Shown: positions 33,431 to 55,156 of the stretch, piece after piece | How positions within the stretch are numbered: the stretch's first letter is position 1 | How the letters are laid out: the number at the start of each line of letters is the position of its first letter | Assembly (NCBI GenBank): GCA_963761335.1 | Contig: CAVXGR010000012.1 | Span: 416,001-480,000 of the forward strand | Length of the DNA: 64,000 nt | Reading direction: 5' to 3' | Source of the DNA: an uncultured delta proteobacterium | GTDB taxonomy: Bacteria > Desulfobacterota > Binatia > HRBIN30 > BPIQ01 | Position numbers and translations under genes: made by a program | Notes under the pieces: model-generated | Told to the model about the DNA's origin: nothing | The model's input: only the letters and a program-made list of their open reading frames with translations | Database searches by the model: none

Positions 33431-33766
33431 CTACTGGCGCTCGTCGACGATCACGGTCACGTGGCAGGTGCGCTTGCGGACCGGCGTAGCGCGCCCCTGG
33501 GCGCGCGGCGTGAACCGTTTCCAGGTCGGCCCGCCATCGACGAACGCCCGCTTCACGAAGAGGCGGTCGACGTCCACCCGCTGCGTGTTCTGGGCGTTGG
33601 CGACCACCGAGCGCAGCGTCTTGGCGACCACCCGGGCGGCCCGCTTGGGGACGTACTCGAGAATTCCGAGCGCCTCCTCGACTCCCTTGCCGCGCACCAG
33701 GTCGACGACCAGGCGCACCTTTCGCGGCGCGATGCGCACGTGCCGGCTGACAGCTCTCGCTTCCAT
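33431..33766 (-). CDS. rplV: 50S ribosomal protein L22
   Basis: RIAPRKVRLVVD, PRAQGRA. Confidence 0.97.
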   Translation of the reverse strand: MEARAVSRHVRIAPRKVRLVVDLVRGKGVEEALGILEYVPKRAARVVAKTLRSVVANAQNTQRVDVDRLFVKRAFVDGGPTWKRFTPRAQGRATPVRKRTCHVTVIVDERQ

Positions 33767-33772
33767 CTTCGC

Positions 33773-34072
33773 TCAGCCCCGCTGCGGCGCGCCGCCCTTG
33801 ACCTCGGCCTTGCGATCGCCGGAGTGCCCGTGGAAGGTGCGCGTCGGGGAGAACTCGCCCAGCTTGTGACCAACCATGTTCTCGGAGACGAACACCGGGA
33901 TGAACTTGCGCCCGTTGTGCACCGCGAAGGTATGGCCGATCATCTCCGGCGTCACCGTCGAGCGCCGCGACCAGGTCTTGATCACGCGTTTCTCTCGCGA
34001 GGCATTCATCGCCTCGACCTTCTTCAGGAGGTGCTGGTCCACGAAGGGACCCTTTTTGATCGAGCGGGCCAT
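33773..34072 (-). CDS. rpsS: 30S ribosomal protein S19
   Basis: [21 protein letters not shown]. Confidence 0.98.
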   Translation of the reverse strand: MARSIKKGPFVDQHLLKKVEAMNASREKRVIKTWSRRSTVTPEMIGHTFAVHNGRKFIPVFVSENMVGHKLGEFSPTRTFHGHSGDRKAEVKGGAPQRG

Positions 34073-34080
34073 GTCTCCTC

Positions 34081-34899
34081 TTACTTGCTCCGCCGTTTGA
34101 CGATGTAGCGATCGCTGCGCGGATTGTGGCGGGTCTTGTAGCCCTTGGTCGGCTTTCCCCAGGGCGTCTGCGGGTGATTGCCCTTGGAGCGGCCCTCGCC
34201 GCCGCCGTGCGGGTGATCGACCGGGTTCATGGCCATGCCGCGCACCTTCGGCCGGCGACCGCGCCAGCGTGTGCGGCCCGCCTTGCCCACCGAGATGTTC
34301 TCGTGATCGATGTTGCCCACCTGGCCGATCGTGGCGCGGCACACGGCGCGCACGTAGCGCAGCTCGCCGGAGGGCAGCTTGAGGAGGGCCAGATCCCCCT
34401 CCTTGGCCATCAGCTGTACGCCGGCGCCGGCGCTGCGCGCCAGCTGGCCGCCGCGGCCGGGCTTGAGCTCGATGTTGTGCACCATGGTGCCCAGCGGGAT
34501 CTGCGACAGCGCCAGGGTGTTTCCCGGCTGGATGTCGGCGCCTTCGCCCGACATCACCGTGTCGCCCGGCTTGATGCCGAGAGGCGCCAGGATGTAGCGC
34601 TTCTCGCCGTCGGCGTAGTGCAGCAGGGCGATGCGCGCCGAGCGGTTGGGGTCGTACTCGATGGCCGCCACGCGCGCCGGAATGCGGTCCTTGTTGCGGC
34701 GGAAGTCGACGACGCGGTAGCGGCGCTTGTGGCCGCCGCCGCGGTGGCGGATGGTCATGCGGCCGAGGCCGTTGCGGCCGCCGCTGCGCCGCCAGGGCGA
34801 GAGCAGGCTGCGCTCGGGCTCGCTCTTGGTGATCTCGGTGAACTCGGCCACCGCCTGGAAGCGGCGGCCCGGAGAGGTGGGATTGTACTGGCGAGCCAT
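34081..34899 (-). CDS. rplB: 50S ribosomal protein L2
   Basis: [21 protein letters not shown]. Confidence 0.98.
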   Translation of the reverse strand: MARQYNPTSPGRRFQAVAEFTEITKSEPERSLLSPWRRSGGRNGLGRMTIRHRGGGHKRRYRVVDFRRNKDRIPARVAAIEYDPNRSARIALLHYADGEKRYILAPLGIKPGDTVMSGEGADIQPGNTLALSQIPLGTMVHNIELKPGRGGQLARSAGAGVQLMAKEGDLALLKLPSGELRYVRAVCRATIGQVGNIDHENISVGKAGRTRWRGRRPKVRGMAMNPVDHPHGGGEGRSKGNHPQTPWGKPTKGYKTRHNPRSDRYIVKRRSK

Positions 34900-34901
34900 A
34901 T

Positions 34902-35189
34902 CTACACCGTCTCGAAGAAGTCGATGCGCTGCCCCTCGGCGAGGGTCACGTAGGCCTTCTTCCAATTGGGGCGCTTGCCCGAGGAGCGACCGACGCGGCG
35001 CGTCTTGCCGAGCAGATTGACGGTCCGCACGCGCTCGACCTTCACCTTGAAGAGGGACTCGACGGCGCGGCGCACCTCGTTCTTGTTGGCGTCGCGGTGC
35101 ACGCGAAAGACCACGTGATTGCCGCGCTCGTTCACCAGCGTGCCCTTCTCGGTGACCAACGGGGACTCGATGACGCGATAGAGGTCCAT
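34902..35189 (-). CDS. rplW: 50S ribosomal protein L23
   Basis: [14 protein letters not shown]. Confidence 0.96.
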   Translation of the reverse strand: MDLYRVIESPLVTEKGTLVNERGNHVVFRVHRDANKNEVRRAVESLFKVKVERVRTVNLLGKTRRVGRSSGKRPNWKKAYVTLAEGQRIDFFETV

Positions 35190-35821
35190 TAGTGCTCCAC
35201 CCGCTCGACCAACGCCGCCAGCGCCTCCTGGGTCAGCACCAGGTGCTCGTAGCGCAGGATGTCGTAAACGTTCGCCCCTTCGGCGCGCACCACCTTCACC
35301 CCCTCGAGGTTGCGGGCGGAGCGCTGCAGCACCTCGTCGGCGGCGGCGATGACGATCAGGGCGCGGCGCACGTCGAGGTCCTTCATCAGCTGCACGACGT
35401 GCTTGGTCTTCATCGATTCCAGCTCGATCTTGTCGACGACCACCAGCTTCTGCTCGCGCGCCTTGAGGGCGAGCGCCGTCTTCAGGGCAGAGCGCCGCGC
35501 CTCGCGCGGCATGCGATAGCTGTAGTCGCGCGGCTGCGGTCCGAAGACGGTGGCGCCGCCGACCCAAATCGGCGAGCGGTTGCTGCCGGCGCGAGCCCGG
35601 CCGGTGCCCTTCTGCCGCCAGGGCTTCTTGCCGCCGCCGCTCACTTGGGCGCGGGTCTTGGTCGCCGCCGTGCCGGCGCGGCGATTCGCCAGCTGCATCC
35701 TCACCGTCTCGTGGAGGAGGTGCGGGCGCACCGGGCCGCCGAAGACGCTCCCCGGCAGCTCGGCCTCGCCGACCGTCTCGTTGCGCTGGTTGCGCAGCGC
35801 CACGCTCAACGCCTCAGCCAT
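35189..35821 (-). CDS. rplD: 50S ribosomal protein L4
   Basis: [20 protein letters not shown]. Confidence 0.98.
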   Translation of the reverse strand: MAEALSVALRNQRNETVGEAELPGSVFGGPVRPHLLHETVRMQLANRRAGTAATKTRAQVSGGGKKPWRQKGTGRARAGSNRSPIWVGGATVFGPQPRDYSYRMPREARRSALKTALALKAREQKLVVVDKIELESMKTKHVVQLMKDLDVRRALIVIAAADEVLQRSARNLEGVKVVRAEGANVYDILRYEHLVLTQEALAALVERVEH

Positions 35822-36461
35822 TGCTCGGGCTCTTCACGGCCGGCTGGATGAGCACGATGCCGTTGCGGGCGCCGGGCACGGCGCCGCGAATCAGAATGAC
35901 GTTGTCCTCGGGCCGCACCGCCACGACCCGCAGGTTCTGGGTGGTGACCCGATCGTTGCCGTACTGGCCGGCCATGCGCTTTCCCTTGAAGACGCGGCCC
36001 GGATAGGAGCGGTTGCCGATCGATCCGCCATGGCGGAAGTACTCGTGGGTGCCGTGGCTCCCCGGGAAGCCGCTGAAGCCGTGGCGCTTGATGACGCCCG
36101 TATAGCCGCGTCCCTTGGTGGTGCCCACCACGTCGACGTTGTCGCCCGCCTTGAAGAGGTCGGCAACGGTGATCTGCTGGCCGAGCTCGAAGCTGGCGTC
36201 GTCGCTGATGCGGAACTCGCGCAGGACGCGGAAGACGCCCTTCTCGGCCTTGGCGCAATGGCCGCGATAGGCCTTGGTCGCCCGCTGCGCCTTCTTCTCG
36301 CCGAAGCCGAGCTGCACCGCGCCATAGCCGTCGCGCGTCGCCGTCTTCGCCTGCACCACGGTGCAGGGACCGGCGCTCACCACGGTCACCGGCTCGAGAA
36401 CGCCCTGCTCCGTGTACACCTGGGTCATCCCCAGCTTTATCCCAATCAGTCCAAGTGCCAT
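35814..36461 (-). CDS. rplC: 50S ribosomal protein L3
   Basis: KLGMTQ, PGRVFKGKRM, GAVPG. Confidence 0.98.
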   Translation of the reverse strand: MALGLIGIKLGMTQVYTEQGVLEPVTVVSAGPCTVVQAKTATRDGYGAVQLGFGEKKAQRATKAYRGHCAKAEKGVFRVLREFRISDDASFELGQQITVADLFKAGDNVDVVGTTKGRGYTGVIKRHGFSGFPGSHGTHEYFRHGGSIGNRSYPGRVFKGKRMAGQYGNDRVTTQNLRVVAVRPEDNVILIRGAVPGARNGIVLIQPAVKSPSNG

Positions 36462-36495
36462 CGTCCCATACCGAGCCGTTGCGCCGTCACGATCC

Positions 36496-36804
36496 TCACT
36501 GCAGCTTGATCTCGACGTCCACCCCGGCGGCGAGATCCAGCTTGCCGAGGGCGTCGATCGTCTGCTGTGTCGGCTCGAGAATATCGAGGAGGCGCTTGTG
36601 AGTGCGGATCTCGAACTGCTCCCGCGACTTCTTGTCGACGTGTGGCGAGCGGTTGACCGTGAACCGCTCGATGTGGGTCGGCAGAGGAATCGGACCGGCG
36701 ACCCGACCGCCGGTGCGGCGCACGGTGTCGACGATCTCCTTCACCGACTGATCCAGCAGGCGGTGATCATAAGCCTTCAGGCGTATGCGAATCTTTTCGT
36801 TCAT
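36496..36804 (-). CDS. rpsJ: 30S ribosomal protein S10
   Basis: [23 protein letters not shown]. Confidence 0.98.
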   Translation of the reverse strand: MNEKIRIRLKAYDHRLLDQSVKEIVDTVRRTGGRVAGPIPLPTHIERFTVNRSPHVDKKSREQFEIRTHKRLLDILEPTQQTIDALGKLDLAAGVDVEIKLQ

Positions 36805-36838
36805 GCGTCGCCAGTGCCAGCGCTCCCCGTCGCCACTT

Positions 36839-38029
<1,191 letters not shown>

Positions 38030-38071
38030 CGGCTCTCCTCCGCTTGCTCAGTCGCTTCTCTGAAATGGCCG

Positions 38072-40153
38072 TCAGGCACCGACTGCCTTGGCAGTGATCT
38101 CCTGGGAGATCATCTGCGGCACGGGCTCGTAGTGCGAGAACTGCATGGTGTAGGTCGCCCGCCCCTGGGTCGCCGACCGCAGGTCGGTGGCATATCCGAA
38201 CATCTCCGAAAGCGGCACCTTGGCGGTCAGCACCTGGGCCCCGGCGCGTTCCTCCTGGCCCTGGATCTTGCCGCGCCGGCCGCTCAGGTCGCCAAACACC
38301 GGGCCGGTGAACTCCTCGGGAACGACCACCTCGACCAGCATCACCGGCTCGAGGATGATCGGCTTGGCCTTGGCGGCGCCCTCCTTGAAGGCCATGGAGC
38401 CGGCGATACGAAAGGCCATTTCCGACGAGTCGACCTCGTGCGAGGAGCCGTCGAGGAGGGTCACCTTGACGTCGACCACGGGATATCCGGCCTGGATGCC
38501 GCCCTCCAGAGCGTCATGGACGCCCTTGCCGACGGCGGGAATGTACTCGCGCGGGACCGAGCCGCCCTTGGTGCCGTCCTCGAACTGGAAGCCGGATCCC
38601 GGCGGCAGCGGCTCGATGCGGATGACGACGTGGCCGTACTGGCCGCGACCGCCCGTCTGGCGGATGAACTTGCCCTCCTGCTCGACGGTGCGGCGGATGG
38701 TCTCCTTGTAGGCCACCTGCGGCTTGCCGACGTTGGCATCCACCTTGAACTCGCGCAGCAGCCGATCGACGATGATCTCCAGGTGCAGCTCGCCCATGCC
38801 CGAGATGATCGTCTGTCCGGTCTCCTTGTCGGTGTGCACTCGGAACGACGGATCTTCGGTCGCCAGCTTCTGCAGGGAGACGCCGAGCTTCTCCTGGTCG
38901 GCCTTCGTCTTCGGCTCGATGGCGATGTCGATCACCGGCTCCGGGAACTCGATGGCCTCGAGCACGATGGGCTTGGCCTCGTCACAGAGGGTATCCCCGG
39001 TGGTGCTGTCGCGCAGGCCGACGGCAGCGGCGATGTCGCCGGCGTAGACTTCCTTGATCTCCTCGCGCTTGTTGGCGTGCATCTTCAGCAGCCGGCCGAC
39101 GCGCTCCTTCTTTCCCTTCACCGAGTTGTAGACGTAGGACCCCGACTCCATCGTCCCCGAGTAGACGCGGAAGAAGGTCAGGGTGCCGACGAAGGGGTCG
39201 GACATGATCTTGAAGGCGAGTGCCGAGAAGGGATCCTTGTCGCTGGGGCGCCGCTCCTCCACCTTGTCGGTGCCGGGAACGGTGCCGCTGACCGGCAACA
39301 CGTCCACTGGCGAAGGCAGATAGGCGACCACGGCGTCGAGCAGCGGTTGCACGCCGCGGTTGCGGAAGGCGCTGCCGCAGAGAACCGGCACCATCTTGAT
39401 TTCGAGGGCACCCTTGCGGATACCGGCGCGGATCTCGGACTCGGAGATCTCGCCACCGTCCAGGTAGCGCTCAAGCAGACTCTCGTCGCTATCGGCGACG
39501 GCCTCGAGCAGCTTCTCGCGGTACTCCTCCGCCTTCTCGCGCAGGTCGGCCGGAATTTCCTCCTCGCGGTAGCGGGCTCCGAGGCTGTCGTCGTCCCAGA
39601 GGATGGCCTTCATGGAGACCAGATCGACGACGCCGCGGAAATGCTCCTCGGCGCCGATGGGAATCTGGATGGGCACGGGGTTGGCGCGCAGGCGGTCGCG
39701 GATCATGCGCACGCCGCGATCGAAGTCGGCGCCGACGCGATCCATCTTGTTGATGAAGGCGATGCGCGGCACCCGGTACTTGTCGGCCTGGCGCCACACG
39801 GTCTCCGACTGCGGCTCGACGCCGCCGACCGAGCAGAACACGGCAATGGCGCCGTCGAGAACGCGCAGCGAGCGCTCCACCTCGATGGTGAAGTCGACGT
39901 GCCCGGGGGTGTCGATGATGTTGATGCGGTGGTCGTGCCAGAAGCAGGTGGTCGCCGCCGAGGTGATGGTGATGCCGCGCTCCTGCTCCTGGACCATCCA
40001 GTCCATGGTCGCGGTCCCCTCGTGCACCTCCCCGATCTTGTAGTTGATGCCGGTGTAATAGAGGATCCGCTCGGTGGTGGTGGTCTTACCGGCATCGATG
40101 TGCGCCATGATGCCGATATTACGGGTCCGTTCGATGGGGGTTTCGCGTGCCAT
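38072..40153 (-). CDS. fusA: elongation factor G
   Basis: [32 protein letters not shown]. Confidence 0.99.
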   Translation of the reverse strand: MARETPIERTRNIGIMAHIDAGKTTTTERILYYTGINYKIGEVHEGTATMDWMVQEQERGITITSAATTCFWHDHRINIIDTPGHVDFTIEVERSLRVLDGAIAVFCSVGGVEPQSETVWRQADKYRVPRIAFINKMDRVGADFDRGVRMIRDRLRANPVPIQIPIGAEEHFRGVVDLVSMKAILWDDDSLGARYREEEIPADLREKAEEYREKLLEAVADSDESLLERYLDGGEISESEIRAGIRKGALEIKMVPVLCGSAFRNRGVQPLLDAVVAYLPSPVDVLPVSGTVPGTDKVEERRPSDKDPFSALAFKIMSDPFVGTLTFFRVYSGTMESGSYVYNSVKGKKERVGRLLKMHANKREEIKEVYAGDIAAAVGLRDSTTGDTLCDEAKPIVLEAIEFPEPVIDIAIEPKTKADQEKLGVSLQKLATEDPSFRVHTDKETGQTIISGMGELHLEIIVDRLLREFKVDANVGKPQVAYKETIRRTVEQEGKFIRQTGGRGQYGHVVIRIEPLPPGSGFQFEDGTKGGSVPREYIPAVGKGVHDALEGGIQAGYPVVDVKVTLLDGSSHEVDSSEMAFRIAGSMAFKEGAAKAKPIILEPVMLVEVVVPEEFTGPVFGDLSGRRGKIQGQEERAGAQVLTAKVPLSEMFGYATDLRSATQGRATYTMQFSHYEPVPQMISQEITAKAVGA

Positions 40154-40162
40154 ATCAAATCG

Positions 40163-40199
40163 CGCGGGGCCTTCCCTCCTGCCGAGGGAAGGCCCCGCG
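40163..40199. promoter_or_regulatory. 16-bp perfect hairpin between rpsG and fusA
   Basis: CGCGGGGCCTTCCCTC-CTGCC-GAGGGAAGGCCCCGCG. Confidence 0.65.
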
Positions 40200-40218
40200 T
40201 CAACTCCTGTTCTCGTCC

Positions 40219-40689
40219 TTACCAGCGGTAATGGGCGAAGGCCTTGTTGGCCTCAGCCATTCGATGGGTGTCTTCCCTCTTCTTCACGGCGGCGCCGCGA
40301 TTGGCCGCGGCCTCGAGGACCTCGCCCGCGAGCCGGTCGGACATGGACTTCTCCGCCCGCGCCCGGGCGTGCTGGATGAGCCAGCGCATGCCGAGCGACG
40401 CCCGGCGTGCCGGGCGCACTTCCACCGGCACCTGATAGGTGGCGCCGCCGACCCGGCGGGAGCGCACCTCGACCACCGGCTTGACGTTGTCGAGAGCCCG
40501 CTTGAAGACCGCCAGGGGGTCTTCCTTGGAGCGGTCGGCGACCAGATCGAGGGCCCGGTACAAGAGGCCCTCGGCAACGCTCTTCTTGCCGCCTTCCATC
40601 ATGGTGTTGATGAACTTCGCCACCAGACGGTCGTGGAACTTCGGATCCGGGAGGATCTCCCGGCGTCGCACTTCACCTTTGCGCGGCAT
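40219..40689 (-). CDS. rpsG: 30S ribosomal protein S7
   Basis: [24 protein letters not shown]. Confidence 0.98.
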   Translation of the reverse strand: MPRKGEVRRREILPDPKFHDRLVAKFINTMMEGGKKSVAEGLLYRALDLVADRSKEDPLAVFKRALDNVKPVVEVRSRRVGGATYQVPVEVRPARRASLGMRWLIQHARARAEKSMSDRLAGEVLEAAANRGAAVKKREDTHRMAEANKAFAHYRW

Positions 40690-40698
40690 GGCTCTGTC

Positions 40699-41070
40699 CT
40701 ACTTCGGCCTCTTGGCGCCGTACTTGGAGCGCCCCTGCCGCCGGTCCTGCACGCCGATCGAGTCGAGGGTGCCGCGGATGATGTGATAGCGCACGCCCGG
40801 GATGTCCTTGACGCGGCCGCCGCGGATGAGCACCACCGAGTGCTCCTGCAGGTTGTGGCCGATCCCGGGGATATAGGTGGTCACCTCGATGCCGTTGGTG
40901 AGGCGCACGCGGGCGACCTTGCGCAGAGCCGAGTTCGGCTTCTTCGGGGTGGTGGTATAGACGCGCGTGCAGACGCCGCGCTTTTGCGGAGACGCCTGCA
41001 GAGCAGGCGCCCCCGTCTTGCGGCGCTGGATCTGACGCCCTTTGTTCACCAATTGATTGATCGTCGGCAT
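40699..41070 (-). CDS. rpsL: 30S ribosomal protein S12
   Basis: [26 protein letters not shown]. Confidence 0.99.
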   Translation of the reverse strand: MPTINQLVNKGRQIQRRKTGAPALQASPQKRGVCTRVYTTTPKKPNSALRKVARVRLTNGIEVTTYIPGIGHNLQEHSVVLIRGGRVKDIPGVRYHIIRGTLDSIGVQDRRQGRSKYGAKRPK

Positions 41071-41116
41071 TTCGGCTCACTCACTCGCTGCTGTTCCGCC
41101 ACGAAGTGAATCCGCG

Positions 41117-41145
41117 ATGTTATGGAAAGGCATGGCGGATGTCAA
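41117..41145 (-). promoter_or_regulatory. putative sigma70 promoter of the str operon
   Basis: TTGACA-17-TAACAT between rpoC and rpsL. Confidence 0.7.
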
Positions 41146-41150
41146 GACAA

Positions 41151-45290
<4,140 letters not shown>

Positions 45291-45312
45291 CAGTCACGCC
45301 TCCTCTCGGAGT

Positions 45313-49430
<4,118 letters not shown>

Positions 49431-49478
49431 GCGAAGGCCCTCATCGTTGGCTGCGAAATCACGCGCGCGCACCTCACC

Positions 49479-49871
49479 TTACTTCAGCTCGACCGACCCG
49501 CCCGCTTCCTCGATCTTCTTCTTCATCTCCTCGGCTTGGTCCTTGGGCAGACCTTCCTTCACCGGCTTCGGCGCCCCATCGACCAGATCCTTCGCCTCCT
49601 TGAGGCCGAGGCCGGTCAGCTCGCGCACGACCTTGATGACCTGGATCTTCTTCTCTCCGGAGCTGGTCAGAACGACGTCGAACTCGTCCTTCTCCGGCTC
49701 GGCTGCGGCCGCGGCACCGCCGCCGGCCGCCGGCATCGCCATCGCCATCGGGGCAGCGGCGCTGACCCCGAGCTCTTCTTCCAGCTCCTTGACCAGAGAG
49801 GCGGCGTCCATCAGGCTCATGTGCTTGATGAACTCTTTCACCTGGTCGCGCGTCACGGTTGCCTGTTCCAT
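49479..49871 (-). CDS. rplL: 50S ribosomal protein L7/L12
   Basis: GVSAAAP hinge, [20 protein letters not shown]. Confidence 0.98.
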   Translation of the reverse strand: MEQATVTRDQVKEFIKHMSLMDAASLVKELEEELGVSAAAPMAMAMPAAGGGAAAAAEPEKDEFDVVLTSSGEKKIQVIKVVRELTGLGLKEAKDLVDGAPKPVKEGLPKDQAEEMKKKIEEAGGSVELK

Positions 49872-49904
49872 CAAAACCTCCCTTTTGGGTCCTTCTTTCT
49901 CGAA

Positions 49905-50432
49905 CTACTGAGCTCCGCCTTCGGCCTTGGCGCGGAGGCGGTCGATGAGACGCGCCGCGCGCGCCCCTGGTTCCTGAATTGTCCGCAGCAGCTGTACCGC
50001 AGGGGCCTGCAACAAACCGAGGAGCTGTCCGATGAGGGCCTCGCGGCTCGGCAGCTTGGCCAGCCCAGTGACAGCCTCCGCGTCCAAGCGGCTGCCGTCA
50101 AGTACCCCCCCCTGGATCGTGAGCTTGGCGTTCTCCTCGGAGTACTTCACCAACACCTTGGCGACGCTGATCGGGTCGCTGTAGCCGAAGACGAAGCCGT
50201 TCGGTCCCTGGAGCAGATCGGTGATCGGGGCGTAGGCCGTCTCCTTCACCGCCAGGCGTGCCAGGGTGTTCTTGGCCACCTTGAACTCGCCCCCGACCTT
50301 GCGCAGCTCGCGGCGCAGGCGCGTCACCTCGGCGACCGTCAGCCCCTGGGGGCTGGCCACCAGGGCCACCTGCGCTTTCGAGAAGCTCTCCTGCAGCTCG
50401 GAGACCATGGTCCCCTTTTCCTCGCGGTTCAC
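49905..50432 (-). CDS. rplJ: 50S ribosomal protein L10
   Basis: GLTVAE, KVAKNTL, LAKLPSRE. Confidence 0.96.
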   Translation of the reverse strand: MNREEKGTMVSELQESFSKAQVALVASPQGLTVAEVTRLRRELRKVGGEFKVAKNTLARLAVKETAYAPITDLLQGPNGFVFGYSDPISVAKVLVKYSEENAKLTIQGGVLDGSRLDAEAVTGLAKLPSREALIGQLLGLLQAPAVQLLRTIQEPGARAARLIDRLRAKAEGGAQ

Positions 50433-50442
50433 CGTTTCCTCC

Positions 50443-51147
50443 TCAGGCCGCGGCGCGCGCCGCCTGCGTCTCGACCCTGATTCCCGGCCCCATCGTCGTG
50501 GAGACGGCGATGCTCCTCATGTAGTTGCCCTTGGCCGCGGCCGGCTTGGCGCGCATCAGGCTGGCCATCAGGGACTCGGCATTCTCGAGAAGCTTCTCCG
50601 GCCCGAAGGACACCTTGCCGATGGGCACGTGGACGATACCGGCCTTGTCGACGCGGTACTCGACGCGGCCGGCCTTGAGCTCGCGCACCGCCTTGCCGAC
50701 GTCGAAGGTGACGGTGCCGACCTTGGGGTTGGGCATGAGGCCGCGCGGGCCGAGCACCTTGCCGATGCGACCGACGACGCCCATCATGTCGGGGGTGGCG
50801 ATCGCCTTGTCGAACTCGAGCCAGCCCTCCTCCTGGATCTTCTTCACCAGGTCCTCGGCGCCGACCACGTCGGCGCCGGCCTCCTGCGCCTCGCGCTCCT
50901 TCTCGCCCTTGGCGAACACCGCGACGCGGACCGACTTGCCGGTGCCGTGCGGCAGGGCAACGGTGCCGCGCACGTTCTGATCCGCCTGCCGGGGATCGAC
51001 CCCGAGGCGAACCGCGATCTCCACCGTCTCGTCGAATTTGGCCTTGGGGCCACCCAGCACCAGGCGCAGGGCCTCGTCGAGGGGGTACTGGCGGTTGCGG
51101 TCGATGGCCGCCGCCGCCTGCTTGAATCGCTTTCCGCTGTTCGCCAT
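50443..51147 (-). CDS. rplA: 50S ribosomal protein L1
   Basis: [25 protein letters not shown]. Confidence 0.98.
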   Translation of the reverse strand: MANSGKRFKQAAAAIDRNRQYPLDEALRLVLGGPKAKFDETVEIAVRLGVDPRQADQNVRGTVALPHGTGKSVRVAVFAKGEKEREAQEAGADVVGAEDLVKKIQEEGWLEFDKAIATPDMMGVVGRIGKVLGPRGLMPNPKVGTVTFDVGKAVRELKAGRVEYRVDKAGIVHVPIGKVSFGPEKLLENAESLMASLMRAKPAAAKGNYMRSIAVSTTMGPGIRVETQAARAAA

Positions 51148-51157
51148 GCGCTTTTCC

Positions 51158-51583
51158 TCAGTCGACCACTTCGAGTCCCATGCTGCGCGCCGCACCCTCG
51201 ACGGTGCGCATCGCCGCATCGATACTCTCGGCGCTCAGGTCGGGCATCTTGAGCTCGGCGATCTCGCGCACCTGGGCGCGCGTGACCTTGCCCACCTTCT
51301 TCTTGTTGGGCTCCGGCGACCCCTTCTCGATGCCGGCGGCGCGCTTGAGCAGGATGGCGGCCGGGGGCGTCTTGGTGATGAACGTGAAGGAGCGATCGGC
51401 GTACACGGTGATGATCACCGGAATGATCAGACCGGCCTGCGCCTGCGTCTGCGCATTGAACGCCTTACAGAACTCCATGATGTTCACCCCGCGCTGTCCG
51501 AGGGCCGGACCGACCGGCGGGCTCGGATTGGCCTGCCCCGCGGGAATTTGCAGCTTGATCTCGGCGATGACCTTCTTTGCCAT
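51158..51583 (-). CDS. rplK: 50S ribosomal protein L11
   Basis: [21 protein letters not shown]. Confidence 0.98.
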   Translation of the reverse strand: MAKKVIAEIKLQIPAGQANPSPPVGPALGQRGVNIMEFCKAFNAQTQAQAGLIIPVIITVYADRSFTFITKTPPAAILLKRAAGIEKGSPEPNKKKVGKVTRAQVREIAELKMPDLSAESIDAAMRTVEGAARSMGLEVVD

Positions 51584-51593
51584 GAGGCGTCTC

Positions 51594-52124
51594 TCAGTTC
51601 TTCTCTACCTGGACGAAGTCCAGCTCTACCGGGGTGGCGCGACCGAAGATGCTGATCAGCACCCGCAGCTTGCCCTTGTCGGGCTTCACCTCTTCGACCA
51701 CGCCGTTGAAATCCTGAAAGGGGCCGTCGACCACCTTGACGCTCTCCCCGGCCTCGAAGAGGACCTTCGGCTTCGGCCGAATGGCGCCCTCCTCCATCTG
51801 CTGGGTGATCTCGCGCACCTCATCCTCACTGATCGCGGGCGGCTGGGTGGCGCCGCCGACGAAGCCGGTCACCTTCGGCGTCGAGCGCACGATGTGCCAG
51901 GTCTCGTCGTTGAGCTCCATGTTTACCAGAATGTACCCGGGAAAGAACTTGCGCGAGCTGGTCTTCTTGCGGCCCTTGACCAGCTCGACGACCTTCTCCG
52001 CCGGGACCAGCACCGGGCCGAACAGCTCCTGCTTGCCGAGGGCGCGCACGCGTTCCTCCAGCGCCGCCTTCGCCTTGTGCTCGTATCCCGAATACGTGTG
52101 TACGACGTACCAGTTCTTCATCAT
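51594..52124 (-). CDS. nusG: transcription factor NusG
   Basis: [25 protein letters not shown]. Confidence 0.98.
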   Translation of the reverse strand: MMKNWYVVHTYSGYEHKAKAALEERVRALGKQELFGPVLVPAEKVVELVKGRKKTSSRKFFPGYILVNMELNDETWHIVRSTPKVTGFVGGATQPPAISEDEVREITQQMEEGAIRPKPKVLFEAGESVKVVDGPFQDFNGVVEEVKPDKGKLRVLISIFGRATPVELDFVQVEKN

Positions 52125-52345
52125 GCGGTCAGGATGAATCGCACCAGACGGGTGGCCACGTAATCGACCACACCGAGAAAGACGGCGAGGATGACGACCA
52201 CCGCCAACACGACGACGGTCGCCGACCACACCTCCTTGCGGCCGGGCCAGTGCACCTTCTTGAGCTCCGACCAGACCTCTTGGAGGAAAGTCATCGACCG
52301 GGGAACGACATCCCGGGCCTTGTCCATCTGTTGTTGTAGTGCCAT
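52121..52345 (-). CDS. secE: preprotein translocase SecE
   Basis: ELKKVHWP plus one TM; position before nusG. Confidence 0.95.
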   Translation of the reverse strand: MALQQQMDKARDVVPRSMTFLQEVWSELKKVHWPGRKEVWSATVVVLAVVVILAVFLGVVDYVATRLVRFILTA

Positions 52346-52368
52346 CCGTTCTATTCCAAAGCGAAAGA

Positions 52369-52442
52369 CGGGTCAGGCAGGCCTCGAACCTGCAACCCCC
52401 GGATTTGGAGTCCGGTGCTCTGCCAATTAGAGCTACTGACCC
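52369..52442 (-). tRNA. tRNA-Trp(CCA)
   Basis: GGGTCAG acceptor stem, anticodon loop CTCCAAA, GTTCGA T-loop; 3' CCA not encoded. Confidence 0.95.
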
Positions 52443-52487
52443 GCAACGACTGCCCGAGAGCTGCCCGCACCGCCGGCGCCGCGGCGT

Positions 52488-52640
52488 TCAGACCTTGCTC
52501 TCCTTGTGCAGGACGTGTGTGCGGCAGGCCGGACAGAACTTGCGCACCGAAAGCTTCTCGGTGGTCTTCTTCTTGTTCCGGCTGGCGGTATAGTTGCGCC
52601 GCTTGCACTGCTCACACTGAAGCGAAATCAGATCGCGCAT
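52488..52640 (-). CDS. rpmG: 50S ribosomal protein L33, Zn-binding (not in ORF track)
   Basis: Manual translation MRDLISLQCEQCKRRNY...RKFCPACRTHVLHKESKV. Confidence 0.96.
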   Translation of the reverse strand: MRDLISLQCEQCKRRNYTASRNKKKTTEKLSVRKFCPACRTHVLHKESKV

Positions 52641-52649
52641 CGCTCTTCT

Positions 52650-53840
<1,191 letters not shown>

Positions 53841-53864
53841 CGTTTTGCCTCGCCATGGAGAGAG

Positions 53865-53938
53865 AGCCCAGGAGCGGAATCGAACCGCCGACCTCGTCCT
53901 TACCAAGGACGTGCTCTAGCCAACTGAGCTACCTGGGC
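53865..53938 (-). tRNA. tRNA-Thr(GGT)
   Basis: GCCCAGG stem, anticodon loop TTGGTAA, GTTCGA. Confidence 0.95.
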
Positions 53939-53970
53939 GTATCTATCGATTCTCCCCCGATCAAAATGAA

Positions 53971-54047
53971 TGGAGCGGGAAACGGGATTCGAACCCGCGA
54001 CCCTCAGCTTGGAAGGCTGATGCTCTAACCAACTGAGCTACTCCCGC
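53971..54047 (-). tRNA. tRNA-Gly(TCC)
   Basis: GCGGGAG stem, loop CTTCCAA, CCA encoded. Confidence 0.96.
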
Positions 54048-54076
54048 ATATTTGGCTTTTTTTTCGCGCGGCCATT

Positions 54077-54162
<86 letters not shown>

Positions 54163-54172
54163 GTATAACCAG

Positions 54173-54245
54173 AGCCGATGGCCAGACTTGAACTGGCAAC
54201 CTACTGATTACAAGTCAGTCGCTCTGCCACTTGAGCTACATCGGC
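54173..54245 (-). tRNA. tRNA-Thr(TGT)
   Basis: GCCGATG stem, loop CTTGTAA, GTTCAA. Confidence 0.95.
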
Positions 54246-54328
54246 TTCTGCTGCTTCGATTTCGAAATTCCACGCTTTTTCGCCCGGATGGCCATCGATT
54301 CACCCGGATAAACTGGTGCGAATCGTGC

Positions 54329-54357
54329 TTACTATCACCGCACTCCGGGTGTGTCAA
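54329..54357 (-). promoter_or_regulatory. putative sigma70 promoter of the tRNA-tuf operon
   Basis: TTGACA-17-TAGTAA with extended TG. Confidence 0.6.
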
Positions 54358-54388
54358 TATGCCGCCGGGGAGGTCGGCCCCGGGGTCA

Positions 54389-55141
54389 TCACCCGCGGCG
54401 GCGGATCTCGTAGGCGGCCAGGGCGCCGGCAACGGCGGCGTTGAGGGACTCGACGCGCTCGGCCATGGGAATGGAAACGACGAGGTCGCAGGAGCGGCGC
54501 ACCAGGGGGCGAAGGCCGGACTCCCCTCCGACCACGAGCACCGCCGGCCGCGGGAGATCGGCTCCGAAGAGATCGGCCTCGGCGTCCTGGGCGAGCCCGA
54601 CGATCCAGTAGGAGTGCTCCTGCCGCAGGGTTTCGAGAGCCCGCACCAGGTTGGTGACCCGGCACACCGGAAACCAGGCGGTCACCCCGGCGGCGGCCTT
54701 CTCGACCACGGCCGTCACCGCGGCGGCGCGGTCCTGCGGAATGATCACCCCGCCTGCCCCGGCGGCGGCAATGCCGCGGATCAGCGCCCCGAGGTTGCGC
54801 GGGTCTTCCATGCCGTCGGCGGCGACCAGCAGAGAGGCGCCCGCTGCACCGAGATCCTCCAGGTCCGCATAGGCGAACTGCCGCAGAAGTGCCACGGCTC
54901 CCTGGTGCTGCCGCGCTCCCGCCAGACGCGCCAGCGCCTCGGGCTCGGCGTAGGAGACGGCGATTCCCGCCGCCGCCGCGAGGCGCGCCAGATCCGCACG
55001 GCGCTCGCCGCCGCGGGCCAGCCACAGCGCCTCGATCTCCTGCGGCTGACGGCGCAGGTACTCGCGCACCGGGTGGGCGCCGAAAACGCACCGCTCGCCG
55101 CGACCGCCGGGGGTCGCGTTTACATCCCGGTGCCCCTTCAT
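54389..55141 (-). CDS. rlmB: 23S rRNA Gm2251 methyltransferase (SPOUT)
   Basis: HQG, DGMEDPRNLGA, GGESGLR, IPM, SLNAAVA. Confidence 0.9.
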   Translation of the reverse strand: MKGHRDVNATPGGRGERCVFGAHPVREYLRRQPQEIEALWLARGGERRADLARLAAAAGIAVSYAEPEALARLAGARQHQGAVALLRQFAYADLEDLGAAGASLLVAADGMEDPRNLGALIRGIAAAGAGGVIIPQDRAAAVTAVVEKAAAGVTAWFPVCRVTNLVRALETLRQEHSYWIVGLAQDAEADLFGADLPRPAVLVVGGESGLRPLVRRSCDLVVSIPMAERVESLNAAVAGALAAYEIRRRG

Positions 55142-55147
55142 TAGGAT
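55119..55147 (+). promoter_or_regulatory. putative sigma70 promoter of lptFG overlapping the rlmB start
   Basis: TTTACA-17-TAGGAT, 9 nt before the lptF ATG. Confidence 0.55.
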
Positions 55148-55156
55148 GCGAGACCG

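Noticed and set aside
53841..53906. N-terminal extension of the second EF-Tu in the ORF track
   Set aside because: Overlaps tRNA-Thr; the true start matches the other copy
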